Assembly: GCA_033763455.1 (NCBI GenBank)
Contig: JANRKO010000082.1
Location: 1-64,000 of the forward strand
Source: Polyangiaceae bacterium
Lineage (GTDB): Bacteria; Myxococcota_A; Polyangia; Polyangiales; Polyangiaceae
Direction of reading: 5' to 3'
Length of the DNA: 64,000 nt
Positions 18,520 to 28,080 of the stretch are shown here, piece after piece. The stretch's first letter is position 1. Each line of letters begins with the position of its first letter. Below the pieces are notes generated by a model, which did no database searches, was not told the origin of the DNA, and saw only the letters and a list, made by a program, of their open reading frames with translations. A program made the position numbers and the translations under genes.

Positions 18520-20115
18520 TTAGCGGGCTTTGCGGTTGATCAATTGTTGAAGGGCCTCGCGCGTAACGCCCAGCCTTTCGGCGGTTTTCCTGGCGAGGGA
18601 TGTGGTGGCTACCCCCGGGACGAATTGGTAGGTGGGCACAGAATGCGCGTCGAGATCCACCTGAAGGAAACGCAGCGTGAGTCTACCTTCGCGTTCCAAT
18701 CGCTGTGCGAACTCTAGGAAATGTGTGGTGATGACCGCTACGGGTGTTAACTCAACGAGCAACGATACAACAAGTTCGAAGATCTCTTCGCCCTCTGAGG
18801 GGTTGGTGCCAGAGCAAAGTTCATCTAGCAAAACTAGACTATTGAAATCCAAGAGCTCAAACATGCGGCGGATCCGCGTGAGCTCCGAACCCAAGCGGCC
18901 CTCGTGTTCATCCGACGCTTGCCCGTGCACCAGTGAGACAAATAGGCCGGAAAGCAACGGCAGCTTAGCCGAGCCCGCTGGCACGAAGAAGCCGCACTGG
19001 GCGAGCATTTGACTCAAACCAAGGGCCTGAAGGAGGCGCGTTTTCCCTCCGGAATTGGGGCCCGTGAGCAGTGCGATGCTGCGTCGAGGAAGGTGAAGAT
19101 CCGCGGGAACCGGAGCCTTCGGTTCCTCCAGCAAGAAGGGATTGAACAATTGTTGGATCTCTAGTGCTTGCTCGCTTTCAGACATCTCGGGCAAGCACAC
19201 CGCAAGCCCATGGGTTTTAGCTTGATCGGAAAATGCAAGTGCCGCGAGGTAGAACTCCAAATCGAGCTGGAGCTGCAGAAACCACAACACGTCGGTCTCT
19301 ACGCCGTCGAAAACGGTTTGAATCGAACGCCCTAGGATCTCTTCCTCGGGCAAACGGTATCCGCGAAGCGCACTGAATATCCAAACGAACCAGCGTGCGA
19401 CGGTCGCTCCGAAGAGGCTCTTGGCCTGGGGCTCTCTCGCTGCTACGAGTTCAAGCTGACGAATCGATCCGTCGTACGCGAGGCTCAGGCGTAGATCGAC
19501 CACGGCTCGTTGAGATTCGAAGTCGAGTAGGCTCCGGAGGCTTTGGAATGCAGAGCTTGCACCCAGCATTTCCCCAAATTCCGCAAGTACGCGCAAGTGT
19601 GAGTTGCTGTCTGAAAAGGTGCCGAGTTGATCCGCAGCACTCACTAGCTTGCGGAGGATTGTGACTCTGCGCGCTACCCCATGAGAGCGTTTTCCAAGCT
19701 CAGCTGACTCAAGAAGCTCCTTGAATTCTGCCAGAGTTCCCCAAAGCTCAGTCACCTTTGCACGAAGATCAACTCGTGCGAGCAGCTCTCTCAGCACGCC
19801 GTGACGCAGCTCTATAGTGTCCTTGTTGGTGGATGCGGTGGTAAGGATCCGCGTTAGGCGGAGATGGTTGGAACGGTGGTTCGGCCCGGTCGCGCGCTGC
19901 CAACGGCCTAGTAGTCTCACAAGATCATCGACGTACAGATCTGGGCGAAAACACTGCTCATTGAAAGCGGGATCCGTGCGGGCCCCCCGAGAAAACAGTT
20001 CGTCGAGTGCCTGGCCACTGCCGCCACTGGCAAACGAAAACGCGAGCTGTTGCCGCAACGCCGGGATATCGAATCGAAGACCGGGTTGTTGAAACAAGAG
20101 GTCAGGTAAGCTCAT
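18520..20115 (-). CDS. MutS-related protein (domain V ATPase only)
   Basis: LLTGPNSGGKT, LAQCG, LLDELCSGT, TTHF; no mismatch-recognition or Smr domain recognised. Confidence 0.85.
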   Translation of the reverse strand: MSLPDLLFQQPGLRFDIPALRQQLAFSFASGGSGQALDELFSRGARTDPAFNEQCFRPDLYVDDLVRLLGRWQRATGPNHRSNHLRLTRILTTASTNKDTIELRHGVLRELLARVDLRAKVTELWGTLAEFKELLESAELGKRSHGVARRVTILRKLVSAADQLGTFSDSNSHLRVLAEFGEMLGASSAFQSLRSLLDFESQRAVVDLRLSLAYDGSIRQLELVAAREPQAKSLFGATVARWFVWIFSALRGYRLPEEEILGRSIQTVFDGVETDVLWFLQLQLDLEFYLAALAFSDQAKTHGLAVCLPEMSESEQALEIQQLFNPFLLEEPKAPVPADLHLPRRSIALLTGPNSGGKTRLLQALGLSQMLAQCGFFVPAGSAKLPLLSGLFVSLVHGQASDEHEGRLGSELTRIRRMFELLDFNSLVLLDELCSGTNPSEGEEIFELVVSLLVELTPVAVITTHFLEFAQRLEREGRLTLRFLQVDLDAHSVPTYQFVPGVATTSLARKTAERLGVTREALQQLINRKAR

Positions 20116-20312
20116 GTGCGCGCCTTCTGAGGCCGAAGCATTCGACCGCCGCAGGAAAGGATTCTTGGATGGTGCCACGACGGATGACGCAAAGTCGCGG
20201 ACTTGTCACGCAGAAGCTTAAGTAAGCAGCGATCGCGCGTCCCGCCCACCGGGAGCAAGAGGTCTCCAAAGGTTGTTCTGCGTCGGCAGGATAAGGTAGA
20301 TCTTGTCCAGAT

Positions 20313-21233
20313 ATGTTGAAGCGTCTTGTCTCGTTGGCCGTGGTAACTACCGTCTGCATTGCTTCTTTCGGAGCAGCTTCGGCGGCTCAGTCTGGGTCGA
20401 AGGCCGCCTCCAAGTCGCAGGGCAAGCAGCCTAAAAAGAAGAAGGACCTCGAGGCGGAGCAGCGAGCGGAAGAAGCCAAGCAGGCGGAAGCAGCCAGACA
20501 GGCAGAGGAAGCCAAGCAGGCAGAAGAAGCCAAGCAGGCGGACGGAGCAGCAGGTTCCGGAGGAACCGCGGATGCAACACCAGGTTCCGTGCATTCCAAA
20601 GTTCCTTGGACTTTGGCGCTTTCGGGCTTGTACTACACGGATGAAGGAAGGCTCAACGCACGAGACCGCACCAGCATCTTGGTCACGGACACCAAGACCG
20701 AGGTGGACAACGACAAGAGTCTCGCGCTCGCTCTTGAAGCATTTCTTCCCCACAAAGGCAGCTTGAGGCTCGGGGGTGGGCTCTTGTATTTCTTTGACTA
20801 CCGATACCGACCGAAGGCTACCGGTAACAACGACACCCCGGCCGCGGTAACGCTTGGCCAACTACTCGAGCTCAATGGGCGGGCCGATTACCTGGTGGCT
20901 TTGAGTCAGAAGTTCGGGCTGGAGTTTGGGGTGCAGGCGGGCCCCGCAATTCTTTTTCCAAGTGGGCAGCTTCAAGCCGACATCGACACGTATTCTAGGC
21001 AGCAGCTTGGCGTATGGGATGTCCCGCGGTTAGGCCTCCAAATTGGGCCCCATTTTGGCGGTACTTATCGCCTGCTTGATAACCTAGCGGTGCGCGGGGA
21101 GTTCGCTTTGAGTTGGCAACGCCTCTTTCTATTCTCTACTTCCGACAAGGTAGCTGGTGTCGAAGTAGAGGTTTCAAGAACTCTTGCGATTCGGCGTGGT
21201 TCATTGAGCCTTGGCGTCGAACTTTCCCTGTAG
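20313..21233 (+). CDS. Secreted protein, probable outer-membrane beta-barrel with N-terminal charged repeats
   Basis: Signal peptide, AEEAKQ repeats, alternating amphipathic strands ending GSLSLGVELSL. Confidence 0.6.
   Translation: MLKRLVSLAVVTTVCIASFGAASAAQSGSKAASKSQGKQPKKKKDLEAEQRAEEAKQAEAARQAEEAKQAEEAKQADGAAGSGGTADATPGSVHSKVPWTLALSGLYYTDEGRLNARDRTSILVTDTKTEVDNDKSLALALEAFLPHKGSLRLGGGLLYFFDYRYRPKATGNNDTPAAVTLGQLLELNGRADYLVALSQKFGLEFGVQAGPAILFPSGQLQADIDTYSRQQLGVWDVPRLGLQIGPHFGGTYRLLDNLAVRGEFALSWQRLFLFSTSDKVAGVEVEVSRTLAIRRGSLSLGVELSL
20466..20542 (+). repeat. 18-bp tandem coding repeat (AE[E/A]A[K/R]Q) x4
   Basis: GCGGAAGAAGCCAAGCAG-like units at 20466, 20484, 20502, 20520. Confidence 0.85.
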
Positions 21234-21423
21234 TTCCTCGGGCTTCGTGCGGTGCACACCTAACGGGCCTTCACAGTTCCACACCGGACCAAATGTGGGT
21301 GGTTGCCTGAGGTGTGTGCCCCCTAGCCAGGTTGCAGTTTTAGGCTAGTTTTCCCAAGTCCTTGATATAACGAAGCATTAATGTCGCTTGCCAGAAAAAT
21401 GACGTCACGTTACGCTCTCGCCC

Positions 21424-23271
21424 GTGGCACCAAACTCCAAGTTAGTTGGCGCGCGCAGGGGTGGCGCGTCGCAGGTCCTGAGTTCGCTTGTATGTGGGCT
21501 TGCGCTCACAGGCGTTGCGTGTAGCAGCGCGGACATCCCGAAGTTCGATCCGGGAAATCCCGCTAGGGGGCCTGGCTCCATGGTCGGCAATGGCGCTCCA
21601 GTGAGCGACGGGCAGTTTGGAGAGGCAACGCCCGCTGATCCAATGGCAGCTTCGAGTCCACGCGTTGTTTGCGATCAGGCCTGTCAGGATTACTGCAGCG
21701 GCCTAGATGCTACGCTTACCAACCCGGTGGATCGCGGGTTGTGCCGAAGCTTGTGGGGCGTCGGTCTTGATACCCAGCCCGTGGATGTCACTGAGGCATG
21801 TCGTCGTCTCTACGTAGATATGGTGGGTCGCTACCCAACTCGCGCCGAGGCAGAGCAAACGTGTGGCAATCGCCCGTGGGGCGAGGTTGTGTCCGAGCTG
21901 ATAGCGAAGCCTGAATTTGTGTTCGTCAATCAGCGCCTCTGGGCGGATGCGCTTCTTTACAACAACGAAGCTGTCAGTGTTGAGCGCATCTACGATATGG
22001 ATGCGCTGGTGGGTAAGCTGTATCGCGGGTTGGTCTCCTATGACGAATTTGCCGCTGTGGTGAGTGCTCACCCAGTGCTCACTCGCCGTTACGACACCGC
22101 GGGCGATCGTGCGGAGGCTCTTTTCAGTTTGTTCCTGCACCGTCCGCCGTTTGAAAACGAACGCGCGGATATGGCGCGCATGTATGCACTTTGGGATAAC
22201 GGCTATTACGATCACCCAACGCTGAACATGCGTCTGCCGGATTCGTCGATTCGGTATCGGTGCGTCACGGCGTCGGGCGCTGTTGATGAGAGCACTAAGG
22301 GCGAATGTACCTCAATCCTCTGGGGTTTCAATGAGCTCATCTTAACGCCGGATATTCGTGCAAGCGTGGGAGATCGAGGTGAGCGAAGCATGTGGAGTGG
22401 GCTCTTGAAGCCAGCTGAGTGGCAACAGCTTCAGGTTCCCGGTAAGGTCATCTCGCAGCGAATTGGCTTCTGGGAAGCCGCGGTAGATCGCGTCATTGAA
22501 CGTTACCTTGGGTATGATCTAGCTGGGCAGGTTCCTGAAGTCCGTCAAGCGCTCGTGGAACACTTGATAGCCCACAATGGTGACATTCGAGCTACTCACT
22601 TCGCTCTCGCCACTTCGCTCCCGTATTTGCAGTCGTCCGTTCTTCCAGTTGCAGCCGATCAGGTCGTCAACAACGTTCGGTGGAGCTATGGGCCGCTGAA
22701 GCAGGTGATGGTTGAGCCCTGGATCGATAGCATCAAGAACTCCACCGGAGTTGATTTGGCCCAGTGCGATCACAGGATTTCGCGTCCGGATCAGTTCTTG
22801 GAAGCGTCAAGAAGCGTGGCCGCAGTCAGCGTGATCCAGAATTCTCGCTGGCAGCTCACCACCGATGGTGTTCGCGAAGATTACAGCAGGCTCGCGCGTA
22901 ACTTGGGCGGCTGCCCAGATAACCAAGTAGGTGGCCGGTTCACGGCAGTCAGCATTCTGGCCACCGCAGCCCAGGAGAACTTCGTCTATAACGTGTGCAA
23001 TCCGAAGCAAGATCCGGCCGTTCGCGCGGCCGATATCTCTCGGCTGCTTCCGCCCGATGTGGCGGCCGATCGGGTGCTTGAAGCAGACGTTGCGGCACAA
23101 ATTGCTGATCATCAAGTTGGTCTGTTCTTCAGTCGCGCTGCGAACGAGGCCGAGCTCGCCGAAGCTCGGCAGGCGGCGTCGGAGTGTTCTCCGAAGCCTT
23201 GTTCCGCGGAGGATCTGGCGCGTCCCCTGTGCTTTGCTCTGCTTTCTAGCAGCGAGCAGCTCTTCTACTGA
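21424..23271 (+). CDS. Cys-rich lipoprotein, DUF1549/DUF1553-like
   Basis: Lipobox GVAC; EACRRLYVDMVGRYPTRAE resembles the DUF1549 RRLxLDLxGxxP motif; C-terminal LCFALLSSSEQLFY resembles DUF1553 ends. Confidence 0.6.
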   Translation: MAPNSKLVGARRGGASQVLSSLVCGLALTGVACSSADIPKFDPGNPARGPGSMVGNGAPVSDGQFGEATPADPMAASSPRVVCDQACQDYCSGLDATLTNPVDRGLCRSLWGVGLDTQPVDVTEACRRLYVDMVGRYPTRAEAEQTCGNRPWGEVVSELIAKPEFVFVNQRLWADALLYNNEAVSVERIYDMDALVGKLYRGLVSYDEFAAVVSAHPVLTRRYDTAGDRAEALFSLFLHRPPFENERADMARMYALWDNGYYDHPTLNMRLPDSSIRYRCVTASGAVDESTKGECTSILWGFNELILTPDIRASVGDRGERSMWSGLLKPAEWQQLQVPGKVISQRIGFWEAAVDRVIERYLGYDLAGQVPEVRQALVEHLIAHNGDIRATHFALATSLPYLQSSVLPVAADQVVNNVRWSYGPLKQVMVEPWIDSIKNSTGVDLAQCDHRISRPDQFLEASRSVAAVSVIQNSRWQLTTDGVREDYSRLARNLGGCPDNQVGGRFTAVSILATAAQENFVYNVCNPKQDPAVRAADISRLLPPDVAADRVLEADVAAQIADHQVGLFFSRAANEAELAEARQAASECSPKPCSAEDLARPLCFALLSSSEQLFY

Positions 23272-23286
23272 GTGAGGCCCAAAGTC

Positions 23287-24690
23287 ATGAACGATAACCA
23301 ATCCAAAAAAGCCTCAGTTTCTCGGCGCGGCTTTCTCGCAGGCACCGCGCTCGCCGCTACGGGAGCCATTGCGGCACCGTACATTTGGGTGCCGAAGGCC
23401 GCTCGAGCCCAATTGATGTTTCGCGGCGCTATCAAGCACGTGCTGTACGTACGCCTCTCCGGGGGGTTCCGGTTCCCTACGGCCTTCAACGCGGATGTGT
23501 CTGAGCAGTTCAATCCATTTGGTTTGGCAACTGGCAAAGCTGCGGGAGCTGAATGGGGAATGAGCAAGTTGCTGGAACCCGCGCCGTACCTGGAAGGAAT
23601 GGCCGGTGCTGCCCGGGTAGCGCTCGGAATGAGGCCGGTAGGGCAAATCGCCAACGAAATTTCGGTCTTGCCGTGTGTGGATCACGAGCCCAAAGCTGGC
23701 AGTGCGGACGGCAACCATGGCACCGGTCTTGAGCGCTACCTCACCGGATACGTGGGCGGCAAAGTGGGTCTCTTCACGATGCTTACGTACGGCTTGCGCG
23801 AACAGCAGCTGGCCGCGCAGGCCAAAGGGGAGCTTCTCTTGCCCCCATTTGTGCTCGGAAGCGCGGATATGGCACGTGGGCTCGGGAAGTACGCTGCTTT
23901 TCGGCCGCCCGTGTTCAACGGTGGGGGCTTCGATCAATTCGGCTTCAAAGCTGCTGAGCTCCCGGATTGGGCGAACCGCATGATTGGCGCTTACGACTCA
24001 CGAATGAAGGATCGTCAGCATCCTTTGCTACGGGACAAAGTCGATGCGTATCTGCAAACGCGAAAGGCCACCAAGCAATACAGCGAAATCTTGGGGGATG
24101 AAGTGCTGAAGGTCGGCAATCGCTCCATGAAGGTGTTCGATGGCATTTCGAATGCAGAGCTGGATACCATGCTGGGTACGAGCGGCTCGGCGCGCAGCAT
24201 CAGCCTGGCGCTCCGCTTGTTTCATTTTGGCAGCCCCGCAGTGTACCTTGATCAAGGTGGCTACGACATGCATTCGGGCGAAGAAGATGGCTTGCCCGGG
24301 CGCATGATTGAGCTTAGCCAGCTCATCAGTGGTACGGAGGCTGCGCTCAAAAAGATGGTCCATCCTGCTGGTGGCAGTTATTGGGACCACACCGTGGTGG
24401 TCTTCGGTAGCGAGTTCTCGCGTACAACAAGAGGGAATCGCTTCAATTCCGCGCGCGGCAGCGACCACAGCGGGGATTTTGCAACGCGTTGGATGAGCAT
24501 GCCGATCATGGGCGGGCCCATCGTGAAGGGCAAGCAACTCGGCTCGACTGATCCTGGCACCTTGAAAGCTACAGGCACAGTTTACTCCTACCGCAGCCTC
24601 TGGAAGACGCTAATGGAAGGCCTAGGCGCAGATCATCAGGAATTCTTCACGGATGCGGCGGACGCGCCGTTTGCCGATATCTTCGCGTGA
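23287..24690 (+). CDS. DUF1501-like protein, Tat-exported
   Basis: SRRGFL Tat motif, LSGG, GGYDMHS, TVVVFGSEFSRT, GSDH, IMGGPI. Confidence 0.8.
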   Translation: MNDNQSKKASVSRRGFLAGTALAATGAIAAPYIWVPKAARAQLMFRGAIKHVLYVRLSGGFRFPTAFNADVSEQFNPFGLATGKAAGAEWGMSKLLEPAPYLEGMAGAARVALGMRPVGQIANEISVLPCVDHEPKAGSADGNHGTGLERYLTGYVGGKVGLFTMLTYGLREQQLAAQAKGELLLPPFVLGSADMARGLGKYAAFRPPVFNGGGFDQFGFKAAELPDWANRMIGAYDSRMKDRQHPLLRDKVDAYLQTRKATKQYSEILGDEVLKVGNRSMKVFDGISNAELDTMLGTSGSARSISLALRLFHFGSPAVYLDQGGYDMHSGEEDGLPGRMIELSQLISGTEAALKKMVHPAGGSYWDHTVVVFGSEFSRTTRGNRFNSARGSDHSGDFATRWMSMPIMGGPIVKGKQLGSTDPGTLKATGTVYSYRSLWKTLMEGLGADHQEFFTDAADAPFADIFA

Positions 24691-24734
24691 GGCGCTTCGA
24701 GCGCCCATTCAATCATGTTCCTGGAGTCGCAACG

Positions 24735-26075
24735 ATGTTGAGAGAATACGTCGGACCAATAGGCATTGGCCTTGTTCTGCTTGCTTGCAGCAGCTCTATT
24801 GAAGATTCAAGTTTGAACGGGGCCATCTCTTTCGAGGCCAACCGCCCCACCGCAGGCGAAAAATCCGAACCTGCACCCTACACCGGCAACAACGGTACTG
24901 TGCTTGCCGCCCAAGAGCGTTTGAACACCGGCCTCGATCTACAACAAAAGGTTATCCACCGCACATGCGGGCCCACAGGTGGCGTTTGTCACAACAGCAA
25001 GGAGTATCCGGATCTGCACACGCCGGGTAATTTCTTGGATGCCGTGGGCGCCCCCTGCAACGTTCAATCGGGCACTCCCGAAGCGGTCTTTGACGGATGC
25101 GAGCCTCCTGGGGATAGGCTCGTGGTTGGTGACGGCGGAGAAGTTGAGGTCGGTTACCTCGCTTATTACCCGGGTGAATTTGATCCCGAAAAGGACGAGA
25201 TAAAGTCGGATTCTCCGGGCCTCCATATTTCCCTTTCGGCGTCCGTCGGTGAGTTTAAGCGCCGGTATGTGAATGTGCAGTTCATTCGAGCCTTCGAGCT
25301 CAATTCCTCCGTACGCAGCCTCCCTTTCGCCAACTTTCAAACCGATTGGTGGACGCTGGATGGCGGCAAGAAGCTCTATGGTCGCGTCCGCGACTATCAG
25401 AACGATACCGTCCAACAACTCTTGGCTGTGGGCATTGAAGAAGGCGACACCAACCGCAATGGGGTGTTTGGTGCCGTGACCGCGCCCATCACCATGATCG
25501 TTCCGGGTAGCCCAGAAACTAGCTATTTGGTGGGTCGGCTTCGGGGGAAGATCGCAGATGCCCCAATCCCCGGGACACTGATGCCACTCGCGAATCAGCC
25601 GCTTGATGTATCGGAGATGCTTGCGCTGTATTGCTTCATTGCGGGTTTGAAGCCCGGAGTGCGAGCGGATCTCGCGTCACGCATCGACTACGCATCGTGC
25701 CCTTACTCGGCAGCTCCGGAAAGCCTGAACCTCTTGGGCGCCGGGGTTACTTGGGCGAGCCGTATTCAGAGCGTGCTCGAATTCAATTGCGGAGGCTGTC
25801 ATTCCGGTGCCAATCCGCAAGGTGGGTTAGATCTCGCCGACGGTGATGTGTATTCGCGCCTGCTAAAGCCAAGTTTGGAGCGGCCGGATCTCAAATTGGT
25901 GGAGCCGAGCGACATCACCAAGAGTTACCTTTGGCTGAAGATGGTCGCCGATCCGAGCATCGTTGGTCTCCCAATGCCGCTCGACGCGATGGGAAAGCCG
26001 CGAATGATGTCGCAGGCCGAGCTGGATGACATCAAGACTTGGATCGAAACCGGGGCAGTGGAAAATCGGAAGTAG
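24735..26075 (+). CDS. c-type cytochrome lipoprotein with two Planctomycete-cytochrome-like domains
   Basis: GGAG RBS, lipobox LLAC; CGPTGGVCH and CGGCH; repeated (I/L)V.P....SYL...MPL pattern; IKTWIETGA. Confidence 0.75.
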   Translation: MLREYVGPIGIGLVLLACSSSIEDSSLNGAISFEANRPTAGEKSEPAPYTGNNGTVLAAQERLNTGLDLQQKVIHRTCGPTGGVCHNSKEYPDLHTPGNFLDAVGAPCNVQSGTPEAVFDGCEPPGDRLVVGDGGEVEVGYLAYYPGEFDPEKDEIKSDSPGLHISLSASVGEFKRRYVNVQFIRAFELNSSVRSLPFANFQTDWWTLDGGKKLYGRVRDYQNDTVQQLLAVGIEEGDTNRNGVFGAVTAPITMIVPGSPETSYLVGRLRGKIADAPIPGTLMPLANQPLDVSEMLALYCFIAGLKPGVRADLASRIDYASCPYSAAPESLNLLGAGVTWASRIQSVLEFNCGGCHSGANPQGGLDLADGDVYSRLLKPSLERPDLKLVEPSDITKSYLWLKMVADPSIVGLPMPLDAMGKPRMMSQAELDDIKTWIETGAVENRK

Positions 26076-26145
26076 GCTAAGGTCTTGTCGGGCGAAGCCA
26101 AAGGGCTTGCGGTGAACGCCAGGCACGTGATCGAGCGGTCGCGTA

Positions 26146-26179
26146 TGTGTCACAGCGACTGACACACTCTTTGTGACAC
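26146..26179. promoter_or_regulatory. Palindromic candidate enhancer (UAS) for a sigma54 activator
   Basis: Perfect TGTGTCA-N7-TGACACA (26146-26166) plus a further TGTGACAC half-site (26172-26179), about 100 bp upstream of the sigma54 motif. Confidence 0.5.
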
Positions 26180-26261
26180 TCGCCGCGCTCGACCACGGGA
26201 AAACCCTCGGTTTGTCGCGATCAACAACTTGGGCGCGCTGGGGCCCGATGGAGGAGGTGCG

Positions 26262-26277
26262 TGGCACAGATCCTGCT
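26262..26277 (+). promoter_or_regulatory. Sigma54 -24/-12 promoter
   Basis: TGGCAC-AGATC-CTGCT; GG-N10-GC spacing; one mismatch to TTGC. Confidence 0.6.
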
Positions 26278-26356
26278 CATGGTCGCGTTGAGATGCGAAG
26301 AATGTTCCCCGTCGTTCCGTGCCGGCGCTGCCTTGAACAAAGAGCGATCGCTGCAA

Positions 26357-26420
26357 CGAACAAAGTCACACGTAAGGCGATCGGAGGGGTGCGGTACCCA
26401 TGACATCGAACAAAGTCACA
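26357..26420 (+). repeat. 14-bp direct repeat CGAACAAAGTCACA x2
   Basis: Exact copies at 26357 and 26407 (50-bp spacing); partial GAACAAAG at 26335. Confidence 0.8.
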
Positions 26421-26433
26421 AGCGAGCCCTGCT

Positions 26434-27477
26434 GTGTGGAAGTGCTTCTGGCTCAGGGTTTCCCCCTATTGGCCTAGCAGCCAAATCCGGCCAACAATCA
26501 CCGGGTTGAGCTTCGCGCGCATATTCCTGTCCTACGTTCAGCTCGGGCTAATCGTGATGAACCTTATGGGAACATCTGGAGAGGCGAAAGCTGAAGTGCA
26601 GACTTGGGTATCAGGTTATCATCATGGCGTTCCAAGCTTTCCTCTTGAACGTTTCTCGTCAACGTGTGTTAGCCAGAGCCAATTCGTAGCCAAAGTCGTG
26701 GCACGTCTGCGGACTGCAGTGCCACCCAGAGGGCTTTCGCCTCACTACCTCGTAAGCATCCAGGGCCCCACGCTTGAGGGTCAAATAGTTGGAGTTGTTG
26801 ATATTTTCTTTAAGGATGGGCAGGTGGTGAGGCGGCAAGTTAACAGCAACAGCTGTGCTTCGGTTAGTGATGCGCTAGCTATCGTGGTGGCGCTCTCCCT
26901 AGAGGCGGGGGAGGATGTGCAGGGTATTCCGCTGGTACTCATTCGACCCGCGCGTCTCGAATCTGCGCCCACTTTTTCCGTGGGAGGCGGAGCCTCGGGG
27001 ATTGCTACTAATGTGCTCCACCATCGCTCTGCCCTGTTAGGGCTCGCAGGGCAGGTGCAGGTGCGTTTCGCCACCACGCTCGCTGATCCGATTGTGAGTG
27101 TGGGCTTTTACCGATTTGACGACGTCTTGATCGCGAGCCCAATCAAAGATCTTCATTTGGACCTAACCTTCGCACGCCTCACGGTGTGGCCGGCGGCGAT
27201 TCCGTTAACGGAAACTCTCGAGTTCCGGCCGGGCTTATTCACCGAGCTCGGCCAGATCTCAGCCCTAGAAAGCCAGGAGCCGGACTCCTGGTGGGCGGGG
27301 GGGGCAGACCTCTCGCTCGGTTGGGTGGGCCCTTGGGTCACCTTATCTGGCTCAGTAGGGGCCGTACTGCCCTTAAAGACCCAGACGTTCAGCGCCAGGG
27401 GCACGGGGCAACAGATCCATGCCATCAAGGGTTTGGGAGTTTTCACCCAATTGGGTGCATCAGTGTGGATCTTGTGA
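26434..27477 (+). CDS. Hypothetical envelope protein: N-terminal Cys-pair domain plus probable beta-barrel
   Basis: Hydrophobic N-terminus; C...RRQVNSNSCASVSDALAIVVAL; Gly/aromatic amphipathic strands; start uncertain. Confidence 0.55.
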   Translation: MWKCFWLRVSPYWPSSQIRPTITGLSFARIFLSYVQLGLIVMNLMGTSGEAKAEVQTWVSGYHHGVPSFPLERFSSTCVSQSQFVAKVVARLRTAVPPRGLSPHYLVSIQGPTLEGQIVGVVDIFFKDGQVVRRQVNSNSCASVSDALAIVVALSLEAGEDVQGIPLVLIRPARLESAPTFSVGGGASGIATNVLHHRSALLGLAGQVQVRFATTLADPIVSVGFYRFDDVLIASPIKDLHLDLTFARLTVWPAAIPLTETLEFRPGLFTELGQISALESQEPDSWWAGGADLSLGWVGPWVTLSGSVGAVLPLKTQTFSARGTGQQIHAIKGLGVFTQLGASVWIL

Positions 27478-27492
27478 TCCAGGGGAGTCAAC

Positions 27493-28080
27493 GTGAGACA
27501 TAACACCAGTGAGATGAGTGCCCAGGCCGAGCTTGCCGAGCCGTTTGCGGAATGTGATGCGGGGCGTCTAGAGCGCTTGTTAGTGGCGCATTTTCAGCCC
27601 GTTTGGCGCATGCTGCGCCGCCTTGGGGTGGATGTTGCCTCGGTGGATGACGAGGCACAGCAGGTGTTCGTTATCGCAGCCGAAAAGCTGCATCTGATCG
27701 AAGAAGGCAAGGAGCGAGCGTTCCTTTTTGGCACGGTCTACCGCGTGGCAGCCAATTCGCGTCGGTCCCGGGGGCGCAAGCGCGAAGATTCTGACTCCGA
27801 GGCCATGGATATCATGCGGGATCCAACGCCTCATCAGGATGAGCTGCTCGGGCAGAAGCGCCGCCGGCAAATTCTAGATGAAGTTCTGGAGCAGCTGCCG
27901 TTTGACCAGCGCACGGTCCTGGTTCTCAGCGAGTTGGAAGGCATGAGTCGCAGCGAAATAGCGGCGGTGCTTGATTTATCGGAAGGCACCGTCGCTTCTC
28001 GGCAACGCCTCGCTAAGCAACACTTTCTTAGGCTAGCCGCGCGCTTTCAAGCTCGGCTTGGTGCAGGAGCAGTAAAATGA
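27493..28080 (+). CDS. ECF sigma factor
   Basis: Region 2 VWRMLRRLG...DDEAQQVF...AFLFG; region 4 LPFDQRTVLVLSELEGMSRSEIAAVLDLSEGTVASR. Confidence 0.9.
   Translation: MRHNTSEMSAQAELAEPFAECDAGRLERLLVAHFQPVWRMLRRLGVDVASVDDEAQQVFVIAAEKLHLIEEGKERAFLFGTVYRVAANSRRSRGRKREDSDSEAMDIMRDPTPHQDELLGQKRRRQILDEVLEQLPFDQRTVLVLSELEGMSRSEIAAVLDLSEGTVASRQRLAKQHFLRLAARFQARLGAGAVK

Noticed and set aside
20186..20215. GACGCAAAG resembling part of a c-di-GMP-I riboswitch
   Set aside because: The upstream GG.CAAA stem and GNRA tetraloop are absent.
26335..26420. Direct repeats as a mini-CRISPR
   Set aside because: Only two 14-bp copies, too short, and no cas genes.
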